Shown in pieces: positions 8,015-17,086 of a stretch of 32,000 bases of DNA (the first letter of the stretch is position 1; every line of letters begins with the position of its first letter). The stretch is from an uncultured Actinomycetes bacterium (lineage in GTDB: Bacteria; Actinomycetota; Actinomycetes; S36-B12; CAIYMF01). Position numbers and translations under genes: made by a program. The notes beneath the pieces were generated by a model, which was not told the DNA's origin, did no database searches, and saw only the letters and a list, made by a program, of their open reading frames with translations. Location of the stretch: assembly GCA_963843975.1 (NCBI GenBank), contig CAWJMG010000001.1, forward strand, positions 1,380,001 through 1,412,000, in the 5' to 3' direction.

Positions 8015-9295
8015 TCAGAGGTTGGGTGCGGGCGGAGCGGGGATGACGTTGCCAGCGTCTGCGGGCGCGGGCGCAGTACTGGTGAGACCAGGCCCCGCTG
8101 CTGCGCGCGCGCGTCGGCGCGCCATGTAGACGGCGGCCGCGATCGCGCTCGTGGCCGCGGTCAGGATCCCGCCGCCGATGAGGCCCGAGCGCGGACCGTA
8201 CTGCTCGGCGGCCCAGCCGATGATCGGGGCGCCGATCGGAGTGCCGCCGAAGAACACGAGCGTGTAGACGCCCATGACGCGGCCGCGCACCCAGCCCGCG
8301 CTGCGGCTCTGCAGGTAGGTCTGCACCGACGTCGTGAACGTCATCGCCGTGATCCCCGCGAACGGCAGGAGCAGCAGGATCGAGAAGTACGTCGGGGCGA
8401 GCCCGACGACGATCTCGACGCAGCCGAAGACGACCGCGGCGACCACGACGAGCTTCAGCGGCACGTGGACGCGCCGGGCGGCGAGCAGCGAGCCCGCGAG
8501 CGCTCCGACGGCGAGCGCCGTCGACATGATGCCGAAGGCTTCCGCGCCGACGCCGTACTCGAGCCGCGCCATCAGCGCCATCGTCATCTGGTAGTTCAGG
8601 CCGAAGGTCGCGACCAGGAAGGCCAGCGTCAGGGCGAGCACCATGTCGCCGTTGCGGCGCACGTACGCGAGGCCCTGCCGCAGCTTGACCACGCCCTCCT
8701 GTCGTCGCGTCGGCCGCAGCTCGGAGGTGCGCATCGCGAGCAGGGCGCCGATGGTGACCGCGAAGGACAGGCCGTTGAGGATGAAGACCCAGCCGCTGCC
8801 GAACACGGCGACCAGCACGCCGGCCAGCGCCGGGCCGACGAGGCGGGCGAGGTTGAACGACGCGCTGTTGAGGGCGATGGCGTTGGTGAGCTTGTCCTTG
8901 CCGACGATCTCGTTGACGAAGGCCTGCCGCGCCGGGTTGTCGAACGCGCTCGCGACACCGAGCGCGAAGGCGAGCGAGTAGACGATCGCGACGGTGGCGA
9001 GACCGGCGAGGGCGAGCACCCCGAGCAGGATCGCGAGCAGTCCCATGGCTGCCTGCGTGATGATCAGCAGCTTGCGGCGCGGCACGCGGTCGGCGAGCGT
9101 GCCGCCCCAGAGCGAGAACAGCAGGTACGGCAGGAACTGCAGCCCGGTGGTGATGCCGAGCGCGACGCCGGACGAGCCTGACAGGTCGAGCACGAGCCAG
9201 TCCTGCGCGACGCGCTGCATCCACGTGCCTGCGTTCGACAGGACCTGGCCGCCGAAGTAGAGGCGGTAGTTGCGCACCTCGAGCGCGCGGAACAT
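8015..9295 (-). CDS. MFS transporter (MFS_3 / EntS-like efflux type)
   Basis: The real gene is the C-terminal 426 aa of ORF 8015..10066, starting at ATG (complement of 9293-9295): MFRALEVRNYRLYFGGQVLSNAGTWMQRVAQDWLVL... It has about 12 hydrophobic segments. It starts 5 nt after the marR stop. Confidence 0.88.
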   Translation of the reverse strand: MFRALEVRNYRLYFGGQVLSNAGTWMQRVAQDWLVLDLSGSSGVALGITTGLQFLPYLLFSLWGGTLADRVPRRKLLIITQAAMGLLAILLGVLALAGLATVAIVYSLAFALGVASAFDNPARQAFVNEIVGKDKLTNAIALNSASFNLARLVGPALAGVLVAVFGSGWVFILNGLSFAVTIGALLAMRTSELRPTRRQEGVVKLRQGLAYVRRNGDMVLALTLAFLVATFGLNYQMTMALMARLEYGVGAEAFGIMSTALAVGALAGSLLAARRVHVPLKLVVVAAVVFGCVEIVVGLAPTYFSILLLLPFAGITAMTFTTSVQTYLQSRSAGWVRGRVMGVYTLVFFGGTPIGAPIIGWAAEQYGPRSGLIGGGILTAATSAIAAAVYMARRRARAAAGPGLTSTAPAPADAGNVIPAPPAPNL

Positions 9296-9300
9296 GGGCG

Positions 9301-9735
9301 TCACGAGTCGGCGAGCACCTCCAGCACGGGGAGGGCGGCGCGCAGGACGTCGCGCTGCTCCGGCGTGAGGTCGATGAGCAGCGCCGCCAGCCACTCGTCG
9401 CGACGGCGACGGTCCTCGCGGAGCATCTTCTGCGCGGCGGGCGTGAGCGACACCAGCTGGGACCGCCCGTCGGTCGGGTCGGCGACGCGGTCGACGTACC
9501 CTGCCTCGGCGAGGTTGGCCAGCACCTTGGTCATGGTGGGCGGCCGCACCTGCTCGTGGTGCGCGAGCGCGCCTGGCGTGAGCGGCCCCATGCGGTCGAG
9601 GGTGGCGAGGACGCTGATCTGCCCGAGCGGCAGACCGGTGTCGGCCCGCTGCTGGCGCAGCCGCCGTGCCAGCCGCATCGTCGCCAGCCGGAGGTCGTGC
9701 GCGAGGTCGGTGGTGACGGCGGGGCTGGGAGACAT
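9301..9735 (-). CDS. MarR family transcriptional regulator
   Basis: ORF 9301..9771 trimmed to ATG (complement of 9733-9735): MSPSPAVTTDLAHDLRLATMRLARRLRQQ... with a winged-HTH core. The 12 upstream codons use ATA, TTA, GTT and CTA, which are atypical for this genome. Confidence 0.85.
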   Translation of the reverse strand: MSPSPAVTTDLAHDLRLATMRLARRLRQQRADTGLPLGQISVLATLDRMGPLTPGALAHHEQVRPPTMTKVLANLAEAGYVDRVADPTDGRSQLVSLTPAAQKMLREDRRRRDEWLAALLIDLTPEQRDVLRAALPVLEVLADS

Positions 9736-9738
9736 GTT

Positions 9739-9771
9739 CGTTAGCATAACTAACGATATGCGATCCGCCAA
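9739..9771 (-). promoter_or_regulatory. Candidate marR-MFS promoter (TTGGCG-17-TATGCT) with an overlapping palindromic operator; probably a leaderless transcript
   Basis: The minus strand reads TTGGCG GATCGCATATCGTTAGT TATGCT AACGAAC ATG. The -35 is the complement of 9766-9771 and the -10 the complement of 9743-9748. The palindrome CGTTAG-N5-CTAACG at 9739-9755 covers the -10. Only 7 nt separate the -10 from the ATG. Confidence 0.45.
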
Positions 9772-9794
9772 CCGCGATGCGCTTCGACCGGGGG

Positions 9795-10784
9795 TCAGCC
9801 CGCGGAGCCCACGGCGGCGCGACGCAGGCGGTCAAGCACGGCGTCGGCCAGAGCACCGTCGGTGGGTGCCACCGTGACCACGGTGCGGACCCCGCGGGCG
9901 TCGGCCTCGCGGAGCGCGGCGTACAGCGCGCGGGCGTACGCCGCGGAGCTCTCGGGCTCGGCCAGGCGCAGCACCCCGGACGGGGTAGGGACGTCTGCCG
10001 GCGCAAGGAGCGCGACGGGGGCGACGGCGGACGCGGCGACCGCCTCGACCTCGCCCGGCTCCACAAGCAGCAGGCGTGCGCTCGGGGCGTAGTGCGCCGC
10101 GAGGGTCCCGGGTGCGCGGACGGTGGAGTCGGCGGGCTCGACGTCGAGGCCGGTGACGGCCTCGATCTCCTCCACGCCCACGGCTCCCGGGCGCAGCAGG
10201 CGAGGGTGGCCTCCGGTGCAGTCGACGATCGTGGACTCGACTCCGACCTCGCTGCTCGCGCCCTCGAGCACAGCGTCGCGCCCGGGCTCGAGCACGTCCG
10301 CGAGCTCGTCGAGGACGTGCGCCGCGTCGGTGGGGCTCACGCGGCCGAACCGGTTGGCGCTCGGCGCAGCCAGGCCGCCGCCGAAGGCGACGAGCAGCGC
10401 GTGCGCCACCGGGTGGGACGGCACGCGAAGGCCGACGGTCTCCTGCCCGCCCGTCACGTGGTGGCCCGCGCGCGGGCCGCGGGGGAGCACCAGGGTGAGC
10501 GGACCGGGCCAGCATGCGGCGGCGAGAAGCCGTGCGTACGAGGGGATCGCGGTCGCCCAGCCGTCGTCGATCGCAGTGACGTCGGCGAGGTGGACGATCA
10601 GCGGGTGGTCGGGAGGGCGCCCCTTGGCGGCGTAGACCCGGGCCACGGCCCCGGCGTCCTCGGCGTCGGCCGCGAGACCGTAGACGGTCTCGGTCGGGAT
10701 CGCGACGAGCCCCCCCGCGCGCAGCAGCCGAACGGCCGTGCCGACGTCGCCGGTGAGCAGCGCGTCACGGCGTCCCTGATCCAC
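9795..10784 (-). CDS. tsaC: L-threonylcarbamoyladenylate synthase (Sua5/YwlC/TsaC long form)
   Basis: 329-aa ORF with a GTG start and GGGAGGA 7 nt upstream. YrdC-domain motifs are PTETVYGLAADA and KGRPPDHPLIVH, followed by a Sua5-type C-terminal domain. Confidence 0.9.
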   Translation of the reverse strand: MDQGRRDALLTGDVGTAVRLLRAGGLVAIPTETVYGLAADAEDAGAVARVYAAKGRPPDHPLIVHLADVTAIDDGWATAIPSYARLLAAACWPGPLTLVLPRGPRAGHHVTGGQETVGLRVPSHPVAHALLVAFGGGLAAPSANRFGRVSPTDAAHVLDELADVLEPGRDAVLEGASSEVGVESTIVDCTGGHPRLLRPGAVGVEEIEAVTGLDVEPADSTVRAPGTLAAHYAPSARLLLVEPGEVEAVAASAVAPVALLAPADVPTPSGVLRLAEPESSAAYARALYAALREADARGVRTVVTVAPTDGALADAVLDRLRRAAVGSAG

Positions 10785-10847
10785 GACGCCATCCTCCCAG
10801 GTAGCGCATGCTCAAGAACGCGGCGTCGGGCTGCCGATGTGCAGGTC

Positions 10848-10964
10848 ATGACCGCTCTGGTGCTCCTCACGCTCGCACTGGCTGCGCTCGTCGTGGGCAA
10901 GCATGTCGACGACCACCGGGCGCACGCCCGGATGCGCGCCGAGCGCGACCCGCGCGTCCACTGA
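10848..10964 (+). CDS. Candidate 38-aa small membrane protein
   Basis: MTALVLLTLALAALVVGKHVDDHRAHARMRAERDPRVH has one hydrophobic helix and a charged tail. About 34 of 38 codons end in G or C. It lies in an otherwise empty 330-bp gap and a strong hairpin follows. There is no clear RBS. Confidence 0.3.
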   Translation: MTALVLLTLALAALVVGKHVDDHRAHARMRAERDPRVH

Positions 10965-11034
10965 CACGCTCGCCGTACGCCGCCGGCTCGTGCCGGCTGC
11001 CGCGCCCGGCACCCGGCAGGCCCCGGACACGACG

Positions 11035-11062
11035 GAGGCCGGACCCGATCGGGTCCGGCCTC
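11035..11062. terminator. Perfect 28-bp palindrome (12-bp GC-rich stem, GATC centre); candidate bidirectional intrinsic terminator
   Basis: GAGGCCGGACCCGATCGGGTCCGGCCTC equals its own reverse complement. It lies 55 nt downstream of the fadE-like stop (minus strand) and 71 nt downstream of the small plus-strand ORF. There is no U-tract on either strand. Confidence 0.55.
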
Positions 11063-11116
11063 GGTCTGCTGCGCGCCCCAGGGGTGGCGGGGTCGCGCGC
11101 GTCCGACGAACGCGCC

Positions 11117-12961
11117 CTAGAACGCGGCCTCGTCGAGGTCCATGAGGTCGTTGTCGGCGGCCTCGGCGATCGTGCGCTCGGCGGTGAGCAGCGGGAAGCG
11201 CTGAGCCGCGAAGAACTTCGCGGCCGCGATCTTGCCCGCGTAGAACTGCTGGTCCTTCTCCGAGACGTCGCCCGCGGCGAGGGCCTCGACCGCGATGGCG
11301 GCCTGGCGCAGGAGCAGCCAGCCGATGACGAGGTCGCCGAGGCACAGCAGCAGGCGGGTCGTGTGCTGACCGACCTTGTAGAGCTCGGTCTTCTCCTGCT
11401 GCGACTTCATGGCGTAGCCGCCGAGCGTGCCGACGATGCCCTGGACGTCCTCGAGGGCCTTGCCGAGCATCTCGCGCTCCTTGGCGAGCTTGCCGTTGCC
11501 GGCGTCGCCCTTGGCGAAGTCCTGGATCTCGCCGCCGACGCGGGTGAGCGCCTGGAACTGGTCGCGCACCATCTTGCGGAAGAACAGGTCGAGGCCCTGG
11601 ATCGCCGTGGTGCCCTCGTAGAGGGTGTCGATCTTGGAGTCACGGATGTACTGCTCGATCGGGTAGTCCTGCAGGAAGCCTGAGCCGCCGAGGGTCTGCA
11701 GCGACTGCGCGAGCTGCTCGTACGAGCGCTCGGAGCCGACGCCCTTCACGATCGGGAGCAGCAGGTCGTTGACCCGCTCGGCGAGGTCGAGGTCGACCTC
11801 CGCCTCGCCGCCGAGGCGGTTGAGCTCGACCTGGTCCTGCCACCACGCGGTGTAGTGCACGAGCGCGCGCATGCCCTCGGTGTACGCCTTCTGCAGCATC
11901 AGGCTGCGGCGCACGTCGGGGTGGTGCGTGATGGTGACGCGCGGCGCGTCCTTGTCGGCGAACTCGGCGAGGTCGCCGCCCTGCACGCGGTTCTTCGCGT
12001 AGTCGAGGGCGTTGAGGTAGCCGGTCGACAGGGTCGCGATCGCCTTGGTGCCCACCATCATCCGGGCGTACTCGATGACCTTGAACATCTGGGCGATGCC
12101 GTCGTGCACGTCGCCGACGAGCCAGCCGACGGCCGGCTCCTTGTCGCCGAAGGTGAGCTCGCAGGTCGTGGAGACCTTGATGCCCATCTTCTTCTCGACG
12201 TTTGTGGCGTAGACGCCGTTGCGCTCGCCGGTGAGCTCGCCGGTCTCGTGGTCGAAGTGGTACTTCGGCACGACGAAGAGCGAGAGGCCCTTCGTGCCGC
12301 CGCGCGCACCCTCGGGACGGGCGAGGGCGAGGTGGACGATGTTCTCGGTCATGTCGTGCTCGCCCGAGGTGATGAACCGCTTCACGCCGGTGAGGTGCCA
12401 GGTGCCGTCCGGCTGCTGCACGGCCTTGGTGCGGCCGACGCCGACGTCGGAGCCGGCGTCCGGCTCGGTGAGCACCATGGTGGCGCCCCACTGGCGCTCG
12501 ATCATGATCTCGGCGATGCGCTTCTGCTCGGCGTTGCCGAGGTGGTCGAGGATCGCGGCGAAGCCGGGGCCCGACATGAACATGAACGCCGGCGGGTTGG
12601 CGCCGAGCATGAGCTCGCTCGCGGCCCAGCGCAGCGAGGGCGGGGCACCCGGGCCGCCGAGGTGCTTGGGGAGGTCGAGGCTCCAGAAGCCGGAGTCCAT
12701 GAGCGCCTTGTACGACGCCTTGAAGCCCTCGGGCATCGTCACGGTGCAGGTCGCCGGGTCGTAGACCGGCGGGTTGCGGTCGGCGTCGACGAACGACGCG
12801 GCCAGCGGGCCGGTGGCGAGGCGCTCGACCTCGATCAGCGTGTGCCGCGCGGTCTCGACGTCCATGTCGGCGAACGGGCCGTGGCCCAGCCGGTCCTGCG
12901 CCCCGAACACCTCGAAGAGGTTGAACTCGATGTCGCGCAGATTGGACTTGTAGTGGCTCAT
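11117..12961 (-). CDS. Long-form acyl-CoA dehydrogenase (FadE5-like, about 610 aa class)
   Basis: 614-aa ORF starting [20 protein letters not shown]..., with [11 protein letters not shown] and a long C-terminal extension. Size and N-terminus resemble mycobacterial FadE5-type enzymes. Confidence 0.9.
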   Translation of the reverse strand: MSHYKSNLRDIEFNLFEVFGAQDRLGHGPFADMDVETARHTLIEVERLATGPLAASFVDADRNPPVYDPATCTVTMPEGFKASYKALMDSGFWSLDLPKHLGGPGAPPSLRWAASELMLGANPPAFMFMSGPGFAAILDHLGNAEQKRIAEIMIERQWGATMVLTEPDAGSDVGVGRTKAVQQPDGTWHLTGVKRFITSGEHDMTENIVHLALARPEGARGGTKGLSLFVVPKYHFDHETGELTGERNGVYATNVEKKMGIKVSTTCELTFGDKEPAVGWLVGDVHDGIAQMFKVIEYARMMVGTKAIATLSTGYLNALDYAKNRVQGGDLAEFADKDAPRVTITHHPDVRRSLMLQKAYTEGMRALVHYTAWWQDQVELNRLGGEAEVDLDLAERVNDLLLPIVKGVGSERSYEQLAQSLQTLGGSGFLQDYPIEQYIRDSKIDTLYEGTTAIQGLDLFFRKMVRDQFQALTRVGGEIQDFAKGDAGNGKLAKEREMLGKALEDVQGIVGTLGGYAMKSQQEKTELYKVGQHTTRLLLCLGDLVIGWLLLRQAAIAVEALAAGDVSEKDQQFYAGKIAAAKFFAAQRFPLLTAERTIAEAADNDLMDLDEAAF

Positions 12962-13003
12962 GGCCCGGTCTCCCGTGTTCGGCCAGCACGGAAGCGGCTG
13001 GCG

Positions 13004-13042
13004 GTTACCCGTCGGTAACTCATGATGCTACCGGCGGGTAAC
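13004..13042 (-). promoter_or_regulatory. Two tandem 16-bp palindromes GTTACC-N4-GGTAAC upstream of the acyl-CoA dehydrogenase gene (candidate operators)
   Basis: GTTACC-CGTC-GGTAAC at 13004-13019 is perfect. GCTACC-GGCG-GGTAAC at 13027-13042 has one mismatch. Both are followed by TC. Centres are 23 bp apart and lie 43-81 nt upstream of the start codon at 12961. Confidence 0.4.
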
Positions 13043-13179
13043 TCTGGCAAGGCCATGACGGTGACGAATCCGCTGAGGAGACGTCGTCCCAGGTCAGAGC
13101 CCCGAGTCACTGCCCCAAGTGGGGCTATGGGCGCGCTGAACAGCCCGCTTTGGGCAGTAACTCGCGGAGGGGGCCGAGC

Positions 13180-14838
13180 TCAGCGGGGCATGTCGCGGCG
13201 GCGGAGGCCGAGCACGCCCACCGCGACCAAGGCGACCGTGCCCAAGGTGGGGACGAGCAGCGGGGCCAGCGTCAGCGGCTGCGCGGGCCACAGCGGCAGG
13301 TGGCCGAACGGCGAGGTCTGCTGCAGCCAGTCGGGCAGCCCGATCACCGCGCCGAAGTAGCCCGCCAGCAGGCACCAGACGATCACCAGCCAGGAGACGA
13401 CCGAGGCCCAGCGGGGCAGGACGCCGACCAGGGCGAGCGGAACGGCGGCGACCAGCACGGTGGCGGGCGCGCTGACGAGCGCAGCGCCGAGGCCCCGGAG
13501 CGCCTGGCCGGCTATGTCGCCCGACGTCGCGCCGTATACGAGGCCGAGGGACAGGCCGCCGACGGCGAGCAGGAGCACCGACCCCGCGAGCGCGGTGCTG
13601 CCGTGGCCGGCGAGCCAGGTGGTGCGGCCGATCGCGCAGGTCAGCACGGTCTCGGCGCGGCCGTCCTCCTCCTCGCTGCGCAGGCGCAGAGCAGCCGAGA
13701 CGCCGTACGCGGCGGCGATGATCCCGAACAGCCCGGTCATGGTGACGAGGAAGAGGTCGCGGATGTCGGTCACGCCGCCCGCGAGCCTCTGGAGCAGCTC
13801 GACGAGCGACGGGTTCTTCGACACGAGGTCTGCAGACGTGTCGAGCAGCGATCCCTCGAATGCCCCCAGGACGGCGAACCCGATCGCCCAGCCCACGAGG
13901 TAGCCCCGGTCGAGGCGCCAGGCGAGGGCGACGGGTCCGGAGATCCAGCTCGACGCACGCGCGCGGCTGCGACGTTGCGCGAGCAGACCATCGCCGACGT
14001 CGCGGCGGGACTCCACGTGCAGGGCGGCGAGGGCGAGGGCGCCCGCCACGACCAGCGAGAGGGCGATGAGCCACCACCGTTCGCCGGCGTAGGCGCGCGT
14101 CTGCTGCATCCAGCCGAACGGTGTCAGCCACGGAAGCGGGCTGCCGTCGGACTGGCCGTTCCCGACCGCGGTGATGAGGAACGCGAGCCCGGCCGTCGCC
14201 CCCGCGATGCCGTTGGTCGCGCGCGACGTGCGTGCGAGCTGGGTGGCGATCGCGGCCACTCCGGCGAAGACGAGGGAAGCCGCCGCCACTGTGGTGGCGA
14301 AGGCGATCGAGCCCGCGACGCCGAGGCCCATCGCCGACAGCACCACGGCGGTCACGACCGCAAAGAGGCCGAGCATGACCGAGGCGGCCAGCAGTGCGGC
14401 GGTCAGCGGCGCCGCGCGTCCGACCGGTGCACCCAGCACCAGCTCGGTGCGGCCCTGCGCCTCGTCGGCGCGCGAGTGCCGCACGACGAGGAACGACGCC
14501 GCGAGCGAGAGCGCGATCGTGGATCCCGAGCCCACCCGCCAGGCCGTGAGCCCGCCGGTCGACAGCGGGTCGAAGAGCGGCCCCAGGATCGAGCTCAGCG
14601 TGGGATCGCCGGAGAGCGATGCGGCGAGCGACAGCCTCTCCTCGGCCGACGGGTAGAGGCGGTCCCAGGACGACGCGACGGACGCGTTGAGGAGTGCGGA
14701 GCCGACCGCCCAGGCGGGGATGCGCACGCGGCTCCGGCGCAGCGCGAGCTTCAGGAGTGCGCCCGCGCCGTAGAACGCGGAGGAGGGCGCCGGCATCGTG
14801 AGCAGCGCAAGGCGCGATGGCGCCGTGGTCGTGCTCAT
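13180..14838 (-). CDS. ABC-2-type exporter permease (large, about 12 hydrophobic segments)
   Basis: The real gene is the C-terminal 552 aa of ORF 13180..15522, starting MSTTTAPSRLALLTMPAPSS... Its ATG overlaps the ATPase stop (ATGA at 14835-14838). It is highly hydrophobic throughout. Confidence 0.78.
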   Translation of the reverse strand: MSTTTAPSRLALLTMPAPSSAFYGAGALLKLALRRSRVRIPAWAVGSALLNASVASSWDRLYPSAEERLSLAASLSGDPTLSSILGPLFDPLSTGGLTAWRVGSGSTIALSLAASFLVVRHSRADEAQGRTELVLGAPVGRAAPLTAALLAASVMLGLFAVVTAVVLSAMGLGVAGSIAFATTVAAASLVFAGVAAIATQLARTSRATNGIAGATAGLAFLITAVGNGQSDGSPLPWLTPFGWMQQTRAYAGERWWLIALSLVVAGALALAALHVESRRDVGDGLLAQRRSRARASSWISGPVALAWRLDRGYLVGWAIGFAVLGAFEGSLLDTSADLVSKNPSLVELLQRLAGGVTDIRDLFLVTMTGLFGIIAAAYGVSAALRLRSEEEDGRAETVLTCAIGRTTWLAGHGSTALAGSVLLLAVGGLSLGLVYGATSGDIAGQALRGLGAALVSAPATVLVAAVPLALVGVLPRWASVVSWLVIVWCLLAGYFGAVIGLPDWLQQTSPFGHLPLWPAQPLTLAPLLVPTLGTVALVAVGVLGLRRRDMPR

Positions 14839-15731
14839 GCCTCGGCCCGGTCGTAGTAGCGGAGGAACATCTCCTCCAGCGTGGGCGGCCGGCTCTCGAG
14901 GCTGACGATCCCTGCAGCCGTCAGGTGGGTGAGCAGGTCGGCGAGGCCCTTCGGCTCGACGGTGCACCGCAGCGTGCGGTCGACGTACGACACGTCGTGC
15001 AGGCCGACGACGTCCTCGAGGCCGTGCAGCTCGTGGCTCGTCACCGCGACCACCGACATCCGCTGGAGATGGCGGAGCTCTGCGAGCGACCCCGACTCCA
15101 CGATGCGACCGGCGCGCACGATCGAGATGCGGTCGCAGACGGCGTCCACCTCGGCCAGCACGTGGCTCGAGAGCAGGATCGTGCAGCCCTTCGCGCCCAG
15201 CGCCTCCACCTCGGTGCGGAACACCTCGGACATGAGCGGGTCGAGGCCGTCGGTCGGCTCGTCGAAGACGTACAGCTCGACATCGGCAGCAAGGGCCGCG
15301 ACGAGGGCGACCTTCTGCCGGTTGCCCTTGGAGTACGCGGACACCTTCACCGACGGGTCGAGCGCGAACGCCTCGACGAGCCGGTCGCGCCGGGCGGCAT
15401 CGAGGCCGCCGCGCATCCGGCCGAGGATGTCGATCGTCTCGCCGCCGGTGAGGTTGGGCCACAGCGAGACCTCGCCGGGCACGTAGGCGAGGCGCGAGTG
15501 CAGCGCGACGCCGTCCTTCCACGGGTCGCCGTCGAGGAGGTGCGCGGTGCCGGAGTCGGCGCGCAGCATCCCGAGCAGGATGCGCAGCGTGGTGGTCTTG
15601 CCGGCACCGTTGGGGCCGAGGAACCCGTGCGTCTCGCCACGGTCGACGACCAGGTCGAGGCCGTCGAGCGCCCGAGTCGTGCCGAAGCTCTTGACCAGCC
15701 CGTGCACGTCGATGACCGCGTCGTTGCTCAC
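14835..15731 (-). CDS. ABC transporter ATP-binding protein
   Basis: 298 aa with Walker A GPNGAGKTT, signature-like YSKGNRQK and Walker B LYVFDEPT. It is translationally coupled to the permease. Confidence 0.92.
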   Translation of the reverse strand: MSNDAVIDVHGLVKSFGTTRALDGLDLVVDRGETHGFLGPNGAGKTTTLRILLGMLRADSGTAHLLDGDPWKDGVALHSRLAYVPGEVSLWPNLTGGETIDILGRMRGGLDAARRDRLVEAFALDPSVKVSAYSKGNRQKVALVAALAADVELYVFDEPTDGLDPLMSEVFRTEVEALGAKGCTILLSSHVLAEVDAVCDRISIVRAGRIVESGSLAELRHLQRMSVVAVTSHELHGLEDVVGLHDVSYVDRTLRCTVEPKGLADLLTHLTAAGIVSLESRPPTLEEMFLRYYDRAEA

Positions 15732-16020
15732 GCGTCCTGTCTACTCCTCTGCGGCGCCCGAGGTGGGCGTAGCCGCGACGGCGTATCCGCCAGGGGCCGG
15801 AAACGACCGCGACGCCGGTGCCCCCGCGCGGCTACCGTGGACCCGACAGCGCCCGGCACCCGGTGCGCCGCACCCCCGAGGAGGACGTCATGGCTGCCCG
15901 AAACCTGGCCGGCGTCCCCGGGATCCCCTGCGGCTGAGCCGTTCTCGCTCGTCGTACGACCCGCCAGACCCGGTCTCCCCGACCCCCGCGCGTGCCCGCG
16001 CGCCCCTCGATGGAGCAACC

Positions 16021-17067
16021 GTGTCCCTCACCGTCCACTCCCTGGCCGACCTCGGCTGGGATCCCTCTCTTCTTCCGAACGACCACCCCTCCGGGCGCCC
16101 AGCACGCGTGACGCTGCAGGGCCGCGACGTCTGGCGGGTGCACGACGGAGCAGCCGAGCACAGCGTCGGCGTACGCGGCCGGCTGCGCGCCGAGCCCGGC
16201 TCGCTGCCGGTCGCCGGCGACTGGGTGCTGCTCGGCGGCGCTGCCGCCGATCCCGTCATCGACGCCGTCCTCCCTCGCCGTACGTCGCTGGTCCGCAAGC
16301 AGGCCGGGCAGCGCACGGTCGAGCAGGTGATCGCCGCGAACGTCGACGTCGTGCTCGTCTGCGCCCCCGCCCACTCCCTCAACGCCCGGCGGCTCGAGCG
16401 CGAGCTCACCGTGGTGTGGGAGTCGGGGGCGACGCCGGTCGTCGTCGTCACGAAGTCCGACCTGCTGCAGGACGACGTCGTCGAGACGCTGGCGGAGGTG
16501 CGCGGCGTCGCGCTCGGTGTCGAGGTGCTCGCGGTGTCGTCGTACGACGGCGACGGCCTCGACGAGGTGCGCGCCCTCATGCCCCCGGGCGTGACCGGTG
16601 CCGCGATCGGGCCGTCAGGTGCGGGGAAGTCGACGCTGGTCAACGCGCTCGTCGGGCACGAGGTCCTCGCGACGACCGCGGTGCGCGCGGACCACCGCGG
16701 CGTGCACACGACCAGTGCGCGCCACCTCGTCCCGCTGCCGGGCGGCGGCCTCGTGCTCGACACACCCGGGATGCGCGAGCTGGTCCTGTGGGCCGACGAC
16801 GACGCGCTCGACGCGACCTTCGCCGACGTCGACTCGTTCGCGTCGCTCTGCCGTTTCTCCGACTGCGGTCATCACGCGGAGCCGGGCTGCGCCGTGCTCG
16901 TCGCCGTCGAGTCGGGCGAGCTCGACGAGGCGCGGCTCGAGTCGTGGCGCAAGCTGCAGCGAGAGCTCGCGCACCTGGCCCGCAAGCAGGACGCACGACT
17001 GGCGTCCGATGAGCGCAAGCGCTGGGCCCGGATGACCCGCGAGGGGCGGTCCCGCGCCCGGGAGTGA
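16021..17067 (+). CDS. rsgA: Ribosome small-subunit-dependent GTPase A
   Basis: ORF 15547..17067 trimmed to GTG 16021 (VSLTVHSLADLGWD...). G motifs follow the circularly permuted order VVVVTKSDL (G4), GPSGAGKSTLVNAL (G1), DTPGMRE (G3). The C-terminal zinc knuckle is CRFSDCGHHAEPGC. Confidence 0.88.
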   Translation: MSLTVHSLADLGWDPSLLPNDHPSGRPARVTLQGRDVWRVHDGAAEHSVGVRGRLRAEPGSLPVAGDWVLLGGAAADPVIDAVLPRRTSLVRKQAGQRTVEQVIAANVDVVLVCAPAHSLNARRLERELTVVWESGATPVVVVTKSDLLQDDVVETLAEVRGVALGVEVLAVSSYDGDGLDEVRALMPPGVTGAAIGPSGAGKSTLVNALVGHEVLATTAVRADHRGVHTTSARHLVPLPGGGLVLDTPGMRELVLWADDDALDATFADVDSFASLCRFSDCGHHAEPGCAVLVAVESGELDEARLESWRKLQRELAHLARKQDARLASDERKRWARMTREGRSRARE

Positions 17068-17086
17068 CGCTGGGATCGGTTGGGGC

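Noticed and set aside
8015-10066. A single 683-aa ORF spans the MFS gene, the marR gene region and part of tsaC.
   Set aside because: Only the C-terminal 426 aa (from ATG at 9295) are MFS-like. The upstream part is Arg/Pro-rich and overlaps the well-supported MarR and Sua5 genes in other frames.
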